Notes under the pieces: generated by a model
The model's database searches: none
What the model saw: only the letters and a program-made list of their open reading frames with translations
Told to the model about the DNA's origin: nothing
Part shown: piece by piece, positions 40,081-53,534 of the stretch
How positions within the stretch are numbered: the first letter of the stretch is position 1
Layout of the letters: the number at the start of each line of letters is the position of its first letter
Assembly (NCBI RefSeq): GCF_036365525.1
Contig: NC_090382.1
Location: 63,195,487 to 63,259,486, forward strand
Origin: Heterodontus francisci
Taxonomy: Eukaryota
Direction of reading: 5' to 3'
DNA: 64,000 bases
Translations under genes and position numbers: made by a program

Positions 40081-41205
40081 CAAGATGTCCCCAGATCACC
40101 CAGCAGTAATCATCAATCAAAAGGGATTCCACTCCACCAATGTTCACCTGGTATGTAACCACCAAAAATCATCATGCATGTCTATGCGAGAGACTCAGGG
40201 AGCTGCCATGATGCCTTCATCCTGTGCCATTCAAGTCTCCCACAGAACTTCACACCTCCAAGCAGAGTCAGCGATGGCTGCTTGGAGACAAGGACTATCC
40301 TCTAACGATGTGGCTGTTGACATCTCTGAGGAGCCCGACCACTGTAACTTGCAAGTTACAACCAAAGCCACAAGAGCACTCATTGAGCAAACCATTGGGA
40401 TGCTGAAGATGTGATTCAGGTACCTGGACAGAATTGGGGGTGCCCTTCAGTATACACCAACAAGTGTTTTCAGAACAATAGTGGGTGCTGCACCTTGCAC
40501 AACATTACACAGCACAGAGGACTGGATCTGCAGGAGATAGGTGATTGCTCTATATCTTTGGAAGAGGGGCAAAAGGAAGAGCAAGATGTGATGAGAGCAC
40601 CTGTGGCCACTGCCAGGGATGCCCAGGATGGATTAAGGCACACTTCAGCTAGCCTGAGGCAGTGCAGCCCTCTGGCACACCAATTATTACCCCACTGTGC
40701 CACCCACCCCCCCTCCACCCCCCAGCCCCAGCACAAAGCAGTTCCACAATCAATAATACATCCGTCTCACTGACACCCACTGCTCGTCTTTACCTTTTGC
40801 CATACCATTTTTCACAAGGCAGCAAGCCACTGGACAGGTAATAAGCAACAATGTAAAGGGCAGGACAATGGAGTGCTGAAATAACATTTATACTTAATTA
40901 CTATTGAACAAAATTGTAACAATTTAACAGTCTTACACACTCTTGTACAACTACAAATCCTTTGTCTTCATTTTTCTATTACTCCTATGTAGTGCAACTC
41001 CTGTGGTTTCAGCAAAGCTAGAGGCAGGCTACTAGTTCCCCTGCTCAGATGGCCTTGGCCATTGCCCTTTGGGCTTTGCAGCCTGTGAGGGCCCCAATTT
41101 CACTTGTGAAGGGGCAGACTCAGTCATCAGGACTGGAGGCAGCATGCGGGTCTTTGACTGGGGGAGTTGGGGTCAGGAGTGGAAGCATTTTGAGCAAAGC
41201 CCCCA

Positions 41206-41301
41206 TTCCGAAGAAGGGTCACTGACCCGAAACGTTAACTCTGCTTCTCTTTTCACAGATGCTGCCAGACCTGCTGAGTGGTTCCAGCATTTCTTGTTTT
41301 T
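41206..41301 (+). mobile_element. Penelope-like element end with a minimal hammerhead core
   Basis: CCGAAGA-A-GGGTC-ACT-GACCC-GAAACGTTA followed by CAGATGCTGCCAGACCTGCTGAG; nearly identical to 60434-60530. Confidence 0.75.
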
Positions 41302-43137
41302 CCATGTGTTCTTTCTCCATCTTCCCTCTCATGGCCCATCCACACTTCCCTGCTAGCCAAGAGCTGGAGAACACCGCTGCACTTCAGCGATGCACTAAAC
41401 TGCCAAAGCAAGGCTTTCCTCCGTCCTGCTTAAGCTGGCAGATTGAGTGTGCAGGTTATTGGTTAAGGCTGGCATGCACTAGGTTGCCTGCCAGGCTGAT
41501 ACTCCATGCAGGTGGCTGCTCTTTGCATAGACGCAGACACCAGCATGAATGCCTGAGACATCATGACACTGATGGTGCAGTTGGATTCTACCAATCTCTC
41601 TCCTCCAATCATGCACATTATTTTGGAAAGTCCGAAAGAGCTGCACACACTTTCTCCTGCTGCTGCTACGTGAGTGAGTGTTGTATGTCATGTGGCTGTG
41701 TGATATTTAATTCTGTCGCCATGCAGCTGGGAGACTCCCAACTCTTCATTGCCAATGGCCAGGCATGTGGAGACCTGGCTTATCTCCAGCAATTCCTTTT
41801 CTGCTGCTGTCAGGATGACTGAAGGGTTACCCCCAGTTCTCTGCCTCCCCCAGTACAAGGAGAGAAAGAACAGGCCTATGAGTCAGATGTGGAATGTTTT
41901 GAGAGGATGGAAGGTCTACATTTGTGGAGGGTAATTGTGAGGAATGGGTATGGCATTGCAATAAGATGAGGATCAGTGTCAGTGGTGGTTGGTGAGAGGG
42001 GGATGTGAGGAGATGTCATGAGAGAGAGGGCTGTGTTCAACTGCAAATAGTGCCAGTCTGAGGATTGATGCACAGAAGGCTAGGGAAGGCAGAGTGAGGG
42101 GGTTTGCACTTGAATGCGGTATGCCACTCACCTTTCCTGCCCTGACCAGGTCATTAAAACTCTTCCAGCACTGTAACCAAGAGCAAGACACCACACTCCT
42201 GCTGCTGACCTCATCTACCACTTTCATCCATGCCCCCTTGCCCTCAGCAACTCCCTTAAGGCCCTTACAGCCCTCAGCTTGATGTCCAGGGATGCATTTG
42301 AGCACCAGTGTGAAGTCTTTGCCCGTTGACCCTCCATTTGTCGAGTTGCTGTCTTAGATCTGGCACGCTTCCATTTAGACCCTCGCAGAGTCCCTTTAAA
42401 TAGTGGAGTTGAACAGACAGCAGCCCGTAGTTTTCACAGCTGCCTGCTCCAATTGGTTGGGAAACCTGCAAGTCAGTTACAAATATCATAACTGAGTTAA
42501 AAAGAAACTTTTAGGTTCTTGACACACTGCCACCCTCCCACCGTGGCAAGCGGGTTGGAACATTACAATTCAGCCCTATTTGTCAAGAGTGGAACACAAA
42601 GAATGATGACATGTTGTGATACTGCACAGTCACAAGAGCCAGTTGACTTATATTTGAGTGTTCAGGAAAGGTAAGCTTGTAAGAACAAATGTTTGCAAAT
42701 TTTAAACACTCTATACAGTCAGTCAAGAGCTGATACTTCACTACTTCACCATAATATCTTAAATAACCCACATCCTTTACAGTCACAGTATATGGACATT
42801 TTACTTGATAAACAAATGCTGCAAATTTTCTGAAGAAATCATTCAGACACGATAAATATAAATGTTTAATATGGAGAATAATGATTAGCGTAAAGAGATT
42901 ATAAGACAGCTTACTTATATATACTACCCAGTCATAATGAAGTACTGTTTCATTTTAGCACAGATATTTTCACCAGCAACAAAAGTCATTATGGGCATCA
43001 ATGGACAGAATGTTCCATGTAGATACTCAAGACACCAAGGCACTTCAATAAAGAATTAACAGTTGGGACACAATCATTGACAGGTTATCAAATGATAACC
43101 AACAATGGATTACAAGAAAGTATGTCCCCAATATTTA

Positions 43138-43873
43138 CGGGGGCAGGATTTCCAAGCTGGGGATTGGGGGAGGAGTTCTGGTTGCCACATATAGGTTCCC
43201 TGCTCAGAAGCCAGCCTGATTGATAGGCCTGACTCACTGTTTGTGGGGACATTGATTTAAAAACATCCACAGTCCAGGAGCAGGAAAGCTTCCTGTTGCT
43301 GTGGGTGGAGATCACAAGGGAGTGGAAGGGATTTTGGGAGGGGTGGGGGAGGTGCTGCGAGTGTGCCTACAGTGTGGTTTAGGGTTGGGAATGATCGTGG
43401 GGGTTGGAAAGAGATTGGGGGCAGAGATGGGGGAGACAAGGAGGGGTTAGAGGGGTGCCAGGGAAAGATTGGAGGGAAAGATAGGGTGTTGGAGGAGAGT
43501 CGGTGATCGTGGGATGGTGGGGAGAACATCATTGCTGGGGGGCTTTACAGCTTTACTTGATGAGCTGGGGGGAAGCAAACCTGCTCCTCTGACCCACAAG
43601 CAGTGCTGGAAAGCACTTGCCTGTTCTATGCAACAGCCTTCACTTCCTTTTAGCTGCCAGATTTCCTTAAGCTCAGGAAACCTGGCTGGCCAGGGTCAAG
43701 CATGAAACACAGATAAAATCTGAGGCACACAGCCCCATTGAAATATTTAAATGAGTTCCTGCCTCCTGGGAGAGGACTGGTTGCTCCCGGTTTGAGGCGT
43801 GTTGGGTTCAGGTTTGAGACTTTTGCAATTATACTTTCCACCCAACCCAAACCCACCAATTTGAAATGATCCC
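43138..43873. mobile_element. Older Harbinger-type MITE
   Basis: GGGGCAGGATTT start, degenerate ..AAATGATCCC end and a G-rich interior. Confidence 0.55.
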
Positions 43874-43891
43874 ATAAGTCACACACATATT

Positions 43892-44664
43892 GGGCTGGAT
43901 TTTGTTCTCAGCCCAACGTCGGGTTCCGTGGCAGGGGTGGGGGAGGGGGGCTTGAGAATCAGAGAGGTAGCAGCCACCACAGAACCTGATGCTGGGATTG
44001 CCGGACCCAATTTTTCTGGGGGCCTGATAGGCTAATGTCAGCCTACCCGCCCAGAGGCCAATTGAGGCCCTTAAGTGGCCTATTGATGGCCAATTAAGAT
44101 CCTCTTCATGGCACCGCTAGGATCTTACCAGTGGCGAGAGAGGTGGGGGCCTCCACCATGCGGGGAGGACAACTTGGAAAATGAGGCATCCTCCCTGCAG
44201 GCTTGGGGTGGTCCCTCCTTCGTGAGCAATTCGTGGCCCAGAGGGCCCTCCCGGGAACCACTGAACCCCCCCCCCCAGGACCCCCCTCGCCCTGGACTGA
44301 ATGTCCAACCCCCCACCCCCTCTCGACAGGGCTTATGGGACCAGCCCCAGCGGCCACGCCTCATAAACCTTGGGTACCGGTGTTCCAATGCTGGGCCTGG
44401 GTCAGAGGCCTCTGCAGTACCGGCAGTGGCCACTGCTCCCGGTGGCATTACCGATACTGTTGAGCTGCCTGCCCTGTAGTTGGCCGGCAGCTCTTGGGTG
44501 GGATCCCCTTCCTATTAAATGTTTAAAGGATCCTGCCTCCTTAAACATTGATCCCAAAAAACCGGAGGATCACTCTGGGGGTCAGGAAAAAATGTAGAGG
44601 CGGGTCTCCCCTTGTCTTTTCGACCCGGTCCCAGGAATCCCACCTCTTGCATAAAGTCCAGCCC
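43892..44664. mobile_element. Harbinger-type MITE
   Basis: TIR GGGCTGGATTTT / AAAGTCCAGCCC with a perfect 3-bp TSD ATT (43889-43891, 44665-44667). Confidence 0.92.
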
Positions 44665-46724
44665 ATTATTTCTACTTTCCTTTTCTCTCCCAGTTATCTT
44701 GGTATAATCAGATCATTGTCTGGCCCATGTACATTTGTATATGCCAGTAAAGTAAAACAAGCAGCATTCATTTGACTAATATAATTTAATTTCTCAAGCA
44801 AATGGAGGACACACCAGAACTAGCAATAAACTTTTCTCAACTTACTTTATTATTTGGCATTGCAGCATTTTCATCAACTTTATCCAAAAGTCTTGAGTGA
44901 CAAAGCAGAAGGCATACTTGAATGGTATAGGAAGATAATCTATTCCTTGTCAACTGACAGAATGTGGATCCAGTTTCCATGATGTTCTATGAGGGAATCT
45001 GATCTGCTGTTCACATATGTGCTTGTCCAGCTGGTACGTGTGGACAAATCAATTCATCAAGGAAACCTTACAACCGGTTCTTAATCGTGGATGATAAAAA
45101 TGTGTCAATTTTCTCTTATGGTTGTTGTTGAGAGGCTATTGAGTGCATTCATCTGATCCCAGATGATGTGGAAGCATCCATTTTTCCAAGTAGCAATAAC
45201 AAAGACATTTCTATTTTCATCATTAAAACTGGAAATCAGTCTCAAAAATGTCATTTTGAACCTCCATATGTAAATCCCAAGGAAAATTGAATTTTTTCTC
45301 CAATTATGAAAACATGACAGTAATGAAAATTTATGGAACTGAAATAACAGTATACACACAGGTATGAGGAATCCTATAATGTGGATTTCTTACAGACTAA
45401 AATAATATTCACTTCACAGTGTGTTATTACTTTGCTAACGCTCTTGTATGAAACTGATTAAAACAAAATTTTTCCGTATTAGAACAGATTGATTGGTGAG
45501 AAAAACTTATGAAGGTCTTTAATATAACCAATTTAGATCTAGAAATGATAGTGATTCTTTGATCAACAGGCAGATTAGAATTTTGAAATCTCAGCATGAT
45601 TGTGAAAACCTGGTCAGAAAATGCCTTTTGTAATTGATTTCCATGTACAATAGCTTCTGCTCTTGGCTTGCTGCCCAGCCAAACTTGCACTTATATAATG
45701 AATCTGATAAGGCGAAATTTAATAGGAAAACATAGCTAGAGTACCTCAACTGCCTGAAGTTAAACCTTCTATATATTTCCATATTTCTGCTCATAAGTAG
45801 GTTTAGAAAACAAAATAGCTCGCTCTTCCCGTACCTAATGATTACTATCTACGCTGAATTTCTCCTTTGATACTAGACCTGTTTATCAAGCCTTTCAAAA
45901 CATATTTGTATTGTAGCTTTTGCTGCTTCTGCCAGTCATAATGAGCATGCACTTCCTGCCCACCATATTGGGAGGCTGTTTCGCACCTGAGAAAGGGGAG
46001 TCTTGGCAGAATATTTCAGCCAATGTGTTGCGACCCGTGAGCCAAATATCTGTCAAAGTCAGGGCATTAATGCAATTGCCCATAATAATAATAATAATAT
46101 TTGAAATGAAGCCTGTACCAGTTTCAGGTAGTTGCCATAGTCACCTAAAAAAAAAACCCTGACAAATTTAGCAGTGGTTTGAATGTACACACAGATCATG
46201 TGCAGGCTGTCACACTGCTAAATTCATCTGCAAATTGAGTGCTACAATGTTGTATTTATGCCCCAACAGAACCTTGTTACTGTTGGGGAAAAGCAGATTC
46301 AATTACCTGCATTCTCATAAAATTAAGTAATTAAGAATCTGGGGAGCAGATAGCAGCTCCTTTGTCACTTACTTCAATATAAATTACAACTGGAAGATAA
46401 CTCAGGTTTAGTAGATGCAGCATTCTGCGACAGATACCAATCCCAGACAAGTAACAGCATCATTAATCAGATTTCCTTACCACTACCAGAGGACTATTAG
46501 TCATTACCTTTAGACAAATGAAAATAGATTTTGGATTACTTTACGCATATTCTGCAGCCAAAATAAAAGCTATTGGTACCACATTTGCTCCACTTCATCG
46601 ACTTTTTGCAGTGCCAGAATGCCCTGTATTATTCTTAGTAATGTCCATTTCATGTATTTGGGCAGGGGTCAGCCTGAAACTGAAAAAAAAGGGGTTGGCA
46701 TCCTTCCATCTACAAAAGATGATG

Positions 46725-47030
46725 GACACGTAGCAAACAATCCAGTTAGTTGGGGGTGTCTTCTCTTGGTGCACCTTTGTTGATGGCTGTGAAGGCCAAT
46801 CCTTGAGAGGCAGGTTCTGCCACAAGTGCCAAACGTGAAGCTGCCAAGTGACGTTGTGAGTTATTGTTTTTGATGTTGGCACCTGTTGCCAAGCTGCTGT
46901 AGCAATTGGTCGTCATGGTAGTGCACATCAGTCCTCAGGATGTGTCACCATTTCCCTCTTTCACCAGCTAGTCACTCCCAAGTGCTATAGTCAACATTTA
47001 GGGCCTTCATGTCATGCTTGCAAGCATCCT
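46725..47030 (-). mobile_element. Old RTE 3' fragment
   Basis: Minus strand reads SFTFGTCGRTCLSRIGLHSHQQRC, the RTE C-terminal motif. Confidence 0.75.
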
Positions 47031-48618
47031 TGCAGCAGTATTATCACTGGACTAGTAACCCAGAGACCCAGGGTATTGATCTGGAGACATGGGTTCGAAT
47101 CCCACCACAGCAGAAGGTGGAATTTGAATTCAATTAATAAATCTGGAATTAAAAAGCTAGTCCAGTGATGGCCATGAAACCATTGTCGATTGTTGTAAAA
47201 ACCCATCTGGTTCACTAACGTCCTTTAGGGAAGGAAATCTGCTGTCTTTACCTGGTCTGGCCTACGTGTGACTCCAGACCCACAGCAATGTGGTTAACTC
47301 TTACATGCCCTCTGAAATGGCCTAGCAAGCCACTCAGTTGTACCTAACTGCTACAAAGTCAAAAAAAGGAATGAAACCAGACGGACCACCCGCATTGACC
47401 TAGGCACTGGAAACGACAACGGCAAACCCCTAGCCCTGTCGAACCTGCGAAGTCCTCCTTACCTGGGGGCTTGTGCCAAAGTTGGGAGAGCTGTCCCACA
47501 GACTAGTCAGGCACAGCCTGACATAGTCATACTCACGGAATCATACCTTGCAGACAATGTCCCAGACACTGCAATCACTATTGCTGTCCCACCGGCAGGA
47601 CAAACCCAGCAGAGGTGGCGGGACAGTGGTCTACAGTAGGGAGGGAGTTGCCCTGGGAGTCCTCAGCATTGACTCCGGACACCATGAAGTCTCATGGAAT
47701 CAGGTCAAACATGGGCAAGGTAACCTCCTACTGATTACCACCTACCTCCCTCCCTCAGCTGATGACTATGTCCTGTACAGAAAAAGCAGGACAAGTACAA
47801 CCCGGCCAAATACCACCCCATCAGTCTACTCTCAATCATCAGCAAAGTGATGGAAGGTGTCATCAACAGTGCCATTAAGCAGCACTTACTTAACAATAAC
47901 CTGCTCAGTGATACCCAGTTTGGGTTCCGACAGCCTTGGTTCAAACATGGACAAAAGGGCTGAACTCAAGAGGTGAGGTGAGAGTGACTGCCCTTGACAT
48001 CAAGGCAGCATTTGACTGAGTATGGCATCAAGGAGCCCTAGCAAAACTGAAGTCAATGGGAATCAGGGGGAAAACTCTCTGTTGGTTGGAATCATACCTG
48101 GTGCAAAGGAAGATGGCTGTGGTTGTTGGAGGTCAGTCATCTGAGCCTGGATGGGTGCAGCTCCAACAAACTCAAGAAACTCGACAACATCCAGGACAAA
48201 GCAGCCCTCTTGATTGGCACACCATCCACAAACATTCACTCCCTCCACCACCGACGCACAGTGGCAATAGTACACTGCAGCAACACACCAAGGCTCCTAA
48301 GACAGCACCTTCCAAACCCGCGACCTCTACCACCTCGAAGGACAAGAGCAGCAGATACATGGGAATATCACTATATGCAAGTTCCCCTCTAAGTGACACA
48401 CCACCCTGACTTGGAACTATATCGCCGTTCCTTCACTGTCGCTGAGTCAAAATCCTGGAACTCCCTTCCTAACAGCACTGTGGGTGTACCTACCTCACAC
48501 GGACTGCAGCGGTTCAAGAAGGCAGCTCACCACCACCTTCTCAAGGGCAATTAGGGATGGGTAATAAATGCTGGCATAGCCAGCGACGCCCACATCCCAT
48601 GAATGAATAAGAAAAAAA
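47030..48618 (+). mobile_element. Internally deleted copy of the tRNA-headed LINE
   Basis: It has the same head (B box GGTTCGAATCC 47092-47102), the APE start, RT pieces and the 3' tail of 29192-32393, with deletions near 47766, 47932 and 48146. Confidence 0.92.
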
Positions 48619-49239
48619 GAGCTTTGGGCATTTAACTGCACTGGTCATCTAGCTACAGCTATCTCATCATACAGAATGTCCGTGGGTATGCAACCGTCTT
48701 CCATCCCGCAGATGTGTATTTAGGCAGGGAACAGCATGAAAAAGATAAAAAGTGCATTTCACATAACTGCACAATCGCCTTAAGTATTCCCAATCATAGC
48801 TGATGGTCTTGCCATCCTGATCCTGTATACTCAACTATCCTGCAGATCTCAGAATTTAGGGGATGGTTACAACTTTTGCTAAGTTTCAATTTTCTAAAAG
48901 ACACTTCAAACCACAACTCCCACATAAATGTTAGCAAGAGTTTTGTGAATTTTCTGATTGACTGTGGCATCATGTATCAACAGTGGATATAACCATATAT
49001 CCAAACAGATGTGCTGATTATATTTTTTAATTTTTTCTTCACATGAGTTCCAACTACCCATGACTTTAGTTCTAACTTCCCAGGAGTTTGACAGTTTCTT
49101 CGCTAGCCTTGATATTTAGGTAAGGTGCTTTTTCTGACTAAAAAATTTTTCTGATCATTTTAGCTGCTGGAATTAAGCTTTGCTTCTGCAGCATGTTTTT
49201 TCTTTCCTCAAAACGCTCAGAGTATCACAATATTGAAGG

Positions 49240-49625
49240 TTGCTTCACTATTCAATACGATCATAGCTGAGCTTCTATGTCAACTCCACCTTCCTGCACT
49301 ATCCCTGTATCCCTTAATTCACATTGTATCCAAAAATCTAGTGATCTTTGTCTTGAATATATTCAACGACTGAACTACCACAGCCCTCTGAGTTCGAGAA
49401 TTCCAAAGATCCACAATCCTTTGAGTGAAGAATTTTTTTCCTCATCGCAATGGTCAAATCCTTATTCTGAGACTGTGACTTCTAGTTCTAAATTCCACAC
49501 CCTGGGAAACGCCTCCCATCATCTACCCTATCAGGCCCCTTCAGAATTTTGTTTGTTTCAATGAGATCACCTCTTACCTCCAGGGAATATAAACTCAGTC
49601 TACTCAATCTCTCTTCAGAGGACAA
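49240..49625 (-). mobile_element. CR1 3' fragment
   Basis: It is similar to 10530-10890 and to the reverse complement of 3240-3620. Confidence 0.8.
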
Positions 49626-49654
49626 AAGATGAGCAGCTGAATAAATATCATTCT

Positions 49655-50110
49655 CTTTTTTTTATTCTTTCATGGGATGTGAGGTTCGCTCACAAGGCCA
49701 GCATTTGTAGCCCTGCAGCCTTTGTCCTTCTAGGTGGTAGAGGCTGTGGCAATTGGAAGGTACTGTCAAAGGAGGCATGGTGAGTTGTTGCAGTGCATCT
49801 TGTATATGATGCACACTGCTGCCACTGTACGCTGGAAGTGGAAGGAGTGATGGTGATGGATGGGGTGCCGATCAAGCAGGCTGCTTTAACCTAGATAGTG
49901 TTGCTCGAGATGCAGTCACTCAGGCAATTGGAGAGTATTCCATCACACTCCTGACTTATGCCATGTAGGTGGTGGACAGGCTTTGGGGAGTCAGGCGGTG
50001 AGTTACTCGCTGCAGAATTCCCAGCCTCTCACCTGCTCTTCCCGCCATAGTATTTATATGGCTAGTCCAGTTAAGTTTCCTGTCAACGGTAACCCTCAGG
50101 ATGTTGATAT
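49655..50110 (-). mobile_element. Diverged 3' fragment of the tRNA-headed LINE family
   Basis: It aligns by eye to 29192-29240 and 29460-29842. Confidence 0.85.
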
Positions 50111-50204
50111 ATACATAACAGGAAAAGTTACGCCATCCTACTTCTCAAAAATAATAAAAGATCACAATATATATCCTGAATTATTCTTCTTTTCAATTAA
50201 CATT

Positions 50205-50664
50205 TAACTGCACAATGATTTTTATTTTTGCATTTCTCTCCATCTTGGAAATTTGCCTAGCGTAGCTCCTGAAAGTTCCCAGCAGATTTTCTGAACTCAA
50301 TTTTACACACCTCAACTCGGCCACATAATATATTCCACCAACAGTCCTGATTTTGACTAATTAACAACCAGATTCATAAATAAGTGTTTGTCATACTCAT
50401 GACTGAGCAAATCACACAGTATGTCAGTTTGTTTGAATGTCAATTGACTCCACACTCAACCCAATAGTTTGAAAAACAAATTTGAATAGTCCTTGCAGCA
50501 TTTCTATTGGTCTTGATTGGAACATGGATTTTAATAGCAGCTGCCTTTTTCCGGGAATCTCCATGTGAGTTCTCTGGCAGGAAATTGGTAGATCCCCCTG
50601 GAGAAATGGCTGAAATGACTAGCATGACCATTTGCATTGTTCCCCGAGCAGTTCTATTGATCAC
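50205..50664 (-). pseudogene. Exon remnant of the minus-strand pseudogene
   Basis: Acceptor CACTAG| at 50664. Translation SFQPFLQGDLPISCQRTHMEIPGKRQLLLKSMFQSRPIEMLQGLFKFVFQTIG, then a frameshift, then TDILCDLLSHEYDKHLFMNLVVN*SKSGLLVEYYVAELR. Confidence 0.6.
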
Positions 50665-50731
50665 CTAGTGGTGACCACAAGAGATTGGGAGAAACTTATG
50701 AAAATTCAAAGCCCTCATGTACTGTCACAAG

Positions 50732-53484
50732 GGGGTGAATTTTCGGGCCTCCCCCAGGGTCAGGAATAGAGGCAGGTGAGGTGGGCCCGAAAATACTGAC
50801 ACCAGCTGGCGTGTCAATTTTGAGAAGCCATTCCTGGCACCAGCAATGTTCACCATGTTGGGGTGAGGACAGGACGATGATCCCATCTGCCTCCCTATTG
50901 AGCCCAATTAAAATACTTAAACAGCTCATTAAAAGCTTGTTAGAGGAGGAGGTTCGAATTTTTAAATGTACATAGGTTTCATGCACTGTCCATTGCTGAC
51001 CAGCTGCAGGGAGACAGGTACAGAGTGGGCAGCCAGTTATGGCTTCCCCAGGGAATTACCCTGGCCCTGTAAGAGGGTCAGCAGGGTAAAGGGGGCATTT
51101 GGAAAGGAGGTTCTCTCGGCGCTGCGCAGGCGGCAGGGACATGAGCACTCAATGCACACGCACTGAATGGGGTCATCGCCCCACTGGCATCGCAAGAACA
51201 GAAGAGCAGGGAACAAGGCTGCCAATAACAATAGGACAGCTACCTGTCCAGAGGGAAAGCTGCAGCTGGCAACGGGGGCATGGCTGTCAGATTTTGGGCC
51301 CAGTGGTGATAAGGGGCAACACCCTCCACCGGAAGGGTGGAACCTCGAGCAGCAGGATGGCATGGGAGAGGACGGTACAGTGGCGCAGTGGTTAGCACCG
51401 CAGCCTCACAGCTCCAGCAACCCGGGTTCAATTCTGGGTACTGCCTGTGTGGAGTTTGCAAGTTCTCCCTGTGTCTGCGTGGGTTTCCTCCGGGTGCTCC
51501 GGTTTCTTCCCACATGCCAAAGACTTGCAGGTTGATAGGTAAATTGGCCATTATAAATTGCCTCTAGTATAGGTAGGTGGTAGGGAAATATAGGGATAGG
51601 TGGGGATGTGGTAGGAATATGGAATTAGTGTAGGATTAGTATAAATGGGTGGTTGATAGTCGGCACAGACTCGGTGGGCCGAAGGGCCTGTTTCAGTGCT
51701 GTATCACTAAACTAAACTAAAAAGGGGCATACTCTCATCGCAGATAGACCTACCTTGAGATGTCCGATACCCAGTGCCACAGGAGATGGTCACAGAGATC
51801 ACCTCGCTGAAGACCTCGCATCTCACAGCACATCTTGCCATGCCCTGATAGTAGCTGTCAAAGTCACTGTGACTATGAACTACTTCTCCTGTGGCTCCTA
51901 CCAAAGATCAGCTGTGGACCTTGGTGGCATCTCACAAATGGCAGCACACTACTGCATCTTGCAGGTCACTGATGCCCTCTTTGCCAGAGCAGTGCATTTA
52001 TTTCAGGACATACTTGGCCATGCAGCCATCGCTGGATTCCCCAGGTGCAGGGCATCATCAGTTGCACCCATGTAGCCATCAAGGCACCTAGTGATCTCCC
52101 ATGCAGATTCATCAACAGGAAGAGCTTCCACTCACTCAATGTCCAACTGGTCTGTGACCACAACCAGAGCTTCCTCCAAGTGTGCACTTGCTGTCTGGCA
52201 GCTGCCATGACTCCTTCATCTTCCAGCAGTTCAGGCTGCCTCAGATTTTCACTCCAACCCCCTCAAAGTGCCTAGATGAATCCTAGGGGATAAGGGATAC
52301 CCCTTGAAGACATGGCTACTCATACCTCACTGGGAGCCCCAGAAAAAGGCACAGGGGTACTAAAACCAATGCTACCTGCATAGTAAGACAGCCAGTAAGC
52401 AGGCCATCAGACTTTCGTAGATGCCTGGACCAGTCAGGTGGCATCCTCTAAAACCCTCTTGCAAGGTCTCTGTCATTGTGATCGCCTGATGCGTTGTCCT
52501 TAACCTGACCCTCTAGCGAGGTGTGGACTTTGAGGATGGTGAGGCCCTGGAAGGGGATAGCTCATTGGGGGAGCAGTATCAGCAAGAGGTGAGAGAGGAG
52601 AAAGAATCGGAGGCAGAGGGAGATGATGATGAATGGAGATGTTCCCTACTGCACAACAAGGTGGCCAGGCACAGCTCAGGGCGCAAGGTCTTGTAAGGAT
52701 GCCATGAATGTCAGGGATCTCCTGATTCAGGAATGGTTCAACCAGCTTGAGGGGCATGGCATGGCTTGGAAGGGAGACTGAGATACCTGTGCTAACATGC
52801 ATAGAAGATGCAGCCTGGAATATCAAATTGCTTACCGCCAATGACGGAAGCACATCTGCCCAGAGGTTTTCCCCTACCATGGAGGATCCTGTTACCTCTT
52901 TCACCACCTCATACGACATTCCTGTCACAGCAGCAATGAAAGGAGTCCCAGATGTGTGGCTTAAAGTGTTATCATTTATTTAGTGCAAAGAGAGGAAAAC
53001 AGTAGACAGAGACAGTAAAAACACACCCAATAACCCATCCAATGCTGGTAGCCTCCTCCTGCCACCCTCCAAGAAGCTGACCTCCCTCCTCTCTCTGTCA
53101 CGAACTCCAACATTTGATACAGGTTGGCATCAATCAAGTGAGGGGCAGCCCTACCCCAATACCAGGCCTGAGGCTGTCCTGTAACATCTTGCTTCCCTCT
53201 AGTGCTGTGGAAGGCTTTGACACAATCAGCAGCTTTCTCCCTTAGGACAACCAGCAGCCTGTGTGATGGCGGCAATGGGGAGTCTAAATCAGTTGCACAC
53301 TTCATCTGATCCATCTCCATCCCCGACCCCCACTGGCTCGAATTGGATAGGAAACCTGTCCCATATCAATTAAGAGCTTACCCCGTAACATCCGTGACTT
53401 TAATCAGTTTCCCACCAGAGGCAGGTTTCTGATCTGAAAACAAACCTGATTCCTGCATCCCGCCTCTGTGGCAAAAATTCTGCC
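50732..53484 (+). mobile_element. Decayed PIF/Harbinger transposase element
   Basis: TIR GGGGTGAATTTT / AAAATTCTGCCA. Motifs AVKVTVTMNYFSCGSYQ...GISQ, QGIISCTHVAIKAP...FINRKSFHSLNVQLVCDH and ILGDKGYPL. Confidence 0.85.
51369..51720 (+). mobile_element. HE1-type V-SINE
   Basis: It is near-identical to 11541-11896 and ends in (AAACT)n. Confidence 0.92.
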
Positions 53485-53534
53485 ACAGATCTGAAGGAAC
53501 AGTCACCATGCCAAAACTAGACAATAAATACTTT

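Larger units (their letters stand above)
38522..42576. mobile_element. Decayed autonomous-type PIF/Harbinger: transposase (+) and Myb/SANT ORF (-), convergent
   Basis: Plus strand: VQGVIDCTHV, INQKGFHSTNVHLVCNH, WLLGDKDYPL, TRALIEQTIGMLK. Minus strand: AWMKVVDEVSSRSVVSCSWLQCWKSFNDL. The right TIR is ACAATTCAGCCC; the left end is approximate. Confidence 0.85.

Noticed and set aside
39140-40620. Domesticated HARBI1 host gene
   Set aside because: It has multiple stops, frameshifts and a SINE insertion, lies beside a TIR, and has several paralogues in the window.
44770-45900. Endogenous viral element
   Set aside because: I recognised no viral polymerase or capsid motif. The strand and character match the neighbouring spliced pseudogene blocks. 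A BLASTX would settle it.
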